A stretch of 62,672 nucleotides of DNA, filler included, from Aduncisulcus paluster (taxonomy: Eukaryota): the NCBI GenBank assembly GCA_024181965.1. It is 3 parts of 3 records of this genome, joined end to end, with 100 filler letters (N's around TTAATTAATTAA, not from the genome) between each part and the next. Parts side by side here need not be neighbours in the genome. Positions count along the whole stretch, not along the records: positions 41,923 to 62,672 come from BQXS01012635.1; 2 more parts are not named here. The stretch is one strand, 5' to 3'. Positions 59,795 to 62,672 of the stretch are shown in pieces. The translations under genes were made by a program, and so were the position numbers. Below the pieces are notes generated by a model. It was not told the origin of the DNA. It made no database searches and saw only the letters and a program-made list of their open reading frames with translations. The first letter of the stretch is position 1. Every line of letters starts with the position of its first letter.

Positions 59795-60462
59795 TTATTT
59801 TCGCTTCAATTTTATTATTATTATTATTGAAACACGACGATATCATTGATTTGATAGGAATTCTGTTTTGTATGGTATATAATATGTACTATATATGATA
59901 TCTATTCATTTGGAAATAAACTCTCAATACTAATTTTAAGCTGTCTCAATGCAAACGATAGAAGGATTTCATGCAGTGCAGTCAGCATTGGTAATTGATA
60001 AAACAACGGCTTTCTTCATTCAAATATTTCGAATAGAATAGAACTAGATAATCATTTAAAGATATTTCTTTGGTTTTGGATGGAGTTAGCGACGCTAACT
60101 TTGCGTATCATCTGAGACAGATCCATCCATCACCCAGAGACATGTTCTAGCTCTGTTAACAAAACAAAATATCTTGGCAATAAATCGAACTAAAACTTCA
60201 ATATATGAGATAATATTCGAGGGAAACTTCTTTGAAAGAGAAACAATAGAATTGATAACTCTATTTCATTGAAAACGAACAATCATAACTAAAAAAGACA
60301 TAATTTGGCAATCACATGGATAATTATTGAATATTATAATATGCTAAAATTATTAACTTGAGCCAATAATGAAGAACATGATCAAGTTTCAAATCGAAAA
60401 ATGAAACATGTTCATAGCACAGAATAAAGCAACAAAATAATACAATGAAATACATTTAACCT

Positions 60463-62672
60463 TTATTTAACCTGCATTATTTCGAATGCAGTTTGGAGGA
60501 ATAGTTTCTGCTCCCGATCTCCGATCTCTGGCATTTTACCAGTAGAAACAATGATTTCCTCTTCTTCTTCCATCTCTCCACTCTTTTGTCCAACTTCTTC
60601 CTCTTCTCCCTCTTCTTCCTCATCAGTATTACGGGTTTCACCATGTTTTAATTTGTCCCCAAATATTTGTAGAGGGTGAACATCAATTTGGCACATCTCG
60701 ACGCACACTTCATCACAATATTTCTGTTCAGGATCAACAGAGTCAGGTTCTTTTGGCCCTCCCCATTGTTCGAGGAACATTGTTGTCGATTGTTCAAGAG
60801 TTGTATCAAGGCAAGCATTTGGAGTTTCGAGTTCATCACAAGAAACCTGGCCAACATCACCTAGAGACGATAAGAATGCAAAATGGACTTGAACAAATTG
60901 TTTAGGATCAACAGCATCCGTGTCATCGGTTTTGACAGTCGTAGTTTTCAATGATGAGATAAAGTCCGAGTAAAGCGTAATCAACAATTTATACATTCTA
61001 TCGTCAACAGAAGCTTGTGATGAACCACCTTTTCCCTTTTCGTTACCCTTGTTGATCCCTTCCTTTTTCTCCTGTCCAGCCCAAATAGATATAATGTCCT
61101 TCAAATTCACAATTAATGGTTGAGAACCTATTCCAGAATATAATAGCTTCGATTTTACATGCAACTTTCTTGCCTCAAGCTCTGCACTCAACCGCTCTGG
61201 TTGCTCCGGACCTTCTCCTTCTTCCTCCCTCCGATCTCCAATATCGCAATGATCGAGAGTATCATGCATACGATGATCTAAATATATATCTGGGTGAGAA
61301 AGAGGAGGTAATGAATGTACAGACAATGTACCCGATTCACATACCGATCCATCGGTGTGAGAAACATTTAGGAACAAGAAAAGGGATGGAAACTTATCTT
61401 CTTCGATCCCCTCCCTCAAATGATCAACATAGGCCTGTGGAATAGAGAGTTCAGTCCTTGAAATGAATGGATCCATGACACCATTGGATGTCAACGAAAG
61501 AGGCAAGTTAGTTATCCCTTCTTCCAAAACTCCAAGACCCTCGACGTGAATATCCCGAGTAACAGAAGGCGAAGAAAAAGTAGGGAAAAGAGCAAGGTGA
61601 AGAGACCCACCTATTGACTCCTTAACATCCTCAACAAGGAAATACATTGAATCTTCACCAAGGATAATAGGAACATCCAAACTATGTAAGTCTTGCACAC
61701 CTGTAGTTGATCCATGGAGAGCCACAATCCCCTTTTGATCACTAACATTCTTATCGGATACAATAGAGCTCACAATACACAATGGGGATTCAGAGAGGTC
61801 ATCAGGTTCATCCTTGGTCAGACCTTGATCAAGCTCAGAAGAATCGGAAGGAGATGAAGGAGAGTCTGAAAATACATGAATACCAACGAGAATACGTTTG
61901 ACTTTCTCATGAATATCCTTGACTTGTCCTGCATCCGAAATGTTGAGCCTTGATGGTGAATATGAACACACACATGCTTGGGATAAAGATTCAAGTCGAC
62001 GAGAAGAAGAGCATTCAAGAAGGGTAGATTCAGTAAATAAATGGTGAGTGGTGGAGAGCACAGAGCACCCGGCAGGGGAGGAACAACTAAAGGACAAGAA
62101 ATACTCATGAGAATGAACAGCAGTACCATTGGTTGTTCGAGTGCTAAAAATAGATTCCGGGAGAGCTATTGGCACTGATACAAAAGGAGATCCATTCAAG
62201 TAAACTCCACGTGTGATACAATTTGTCCCTTCTTGATTATAGCATGCAACTTTAAATAAATAATTTTCATCCTTTTTCTTGGATGCTTCCTCTTCTTCCT
62301 CTTTTCCTTCCTCTTTTCCTTCCTCCTTTGTTTCTCCTTGAAGAGGAGAGAAGACAACAAGGTTACAAAACGCACGAGTTCGCTCACCCACATCAACATG
62401 AATCCGAGCTGAGTATCTTGACGGTATATGAGTTTGACCATCTTCGGACAAACTTCCAGCCTTATCAACTCCCTTTCTATCACTTTTCTTTCCCTTATCT
62501 TTCTTGGCGTCACCTCCCTTTCCTTTCTTTCCCTTGTCTCGAGCAATGGAAGCGGATCCTTCAGAGGAAGCCATTCCACCCAAAGATAGACACACTTTCT
62601 TCTCACTATCTTGAGAAACTTTATCTTTATCGAGTTCACACTTTCCATTGATAAAATGACAAGGGATATCGA
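60463..62672 (-). CDS. Hypothetical protein, 5'-truncated at the window end, possibly with further small 3' exons (~59900-60270)
   Basis: The frame stays open to the window edge (DIPCHFINGKCELDKDK...). It ends ATG CAG|GTTAAA, a plausible splice donor. No family recognised. Confidence 0.75.
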   Translation of the reverse strand, partial: DIPCHFINGKCELDKDKVSQDSEKKVCLSLGGMASSEGSASIARDKGKKGKGGDAKKDKGKKSDRKGVDKAGSLSEDGQTHIPSRYSARIHVDVGERTRAFCNLVVFSPLQGETKEEGKEEGKEEEEEASKKKDENYLFKVACYNQEGTNCITRGVYLNGSPFVSVPIALPESIFSTRTTNGTAVHSHEYFLSFSCSSPAGCSVLSTTHHLFTESTLLECSSSRRLESLSQACVCSYSPSRLNISDAGQVKDIHEKVKRILVGIHVFSDSPSSPSDSSELDQGLTKDEPDDLSESPLCIVSSIVSDKNVSDQKGIVALHGSTTGVQDLHSLDVPIILGEDSMYFLVEDVKESIGGSLHLALFPTFSSPSVTRDIHVEGLGVLEEGITNLPLSLTSNGVMDPFISRTELSIPQAYVDHLREGIEEDKFPSLFLFLNVSHTDGSVCESGTLSVHSLPPLSHPDIYLDHRMHDTLDHCDIGDRREEEGEGPEQPERLSAELEARKLHVKSKLLYSGIGSQPLIVNLKDIISIWAGQEKKEGINKGNEKGKGGSSQASVDDRMYKLLITLYSDFISSLKTTTVKTDDTDAVDPKQFVQVHFAFLSSLGDVGQVSCDELETPNACLDTTLEQSTTMFLEQWGGPKEPDSVDPEQKYCDEVCVEMCQIDVHPLQIFGDKLKHGETRNTDEEEEGEEEEVGQKSGEMEEEEEIIVSTGKMPEIGDREQKLFLQTAFEIMQVK

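Noticed and set aside
6140..62672. Numerous antisense and alternate-frame ORFs inside long genes
   Set aside because: These are shadow ORFs from codon bias and poly-Glu/Lys tracts, with no independent coding signal.
1..62672. Non-standard genetic code (TAA/TAG read as Gln, as in hexamitids)
   Set aside because: Conserved genes are uninterrupted in the standard code and end at TAA, TAG or TGA at the expected positions.

Overview
Eukaryotic, gene-dense, intron-poor protist DNA read in the standard genetic code. An axonemal dynein, an archaeal-type AlaRS, short GT-AG introns and a large orphan repeat-domain family suggest a free-living fornicate or other metamonad (Carpediemonas-like, e.g. Aduncisulcus; this is inference). 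The window is three scaffolds joined by artificial 100-nt N44-TTAATTAATTAA-N44 linkers (19840-19939 and 41823-41922). Five 20-N gaps are flanked by duplicated, sometimes allelic, sequence that falsely splits or lengthens genes. Recognisable genes: ubiquitin, inner-arm dynein I1-beta (DNAH2-like), a Furry/MOR2-PAG1-like protein, archaeal-type alanyl-tRNA synthetase, CCZ1, Rab-GDI, proteasome Rpn9, a possible Med22, tRNA-Leu(AAG) and tRNA-Tyr(GTA) with a 9-nt intron. Most notable: (1) four genes of an expanded orphan family built from a ~150-aa DOC/APC10-like jelly-roll module in 1 to ~6 copies, with either N-myristoyl or CaaX lipid anchors and, in one gene, one module per phase-0 exon; (2) a MULE/WRKY-like Zn-finger fused to a dUTPase that has lost motifs I, II and IV but kept III and V. 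All family assignments are by motif recall, not database search.
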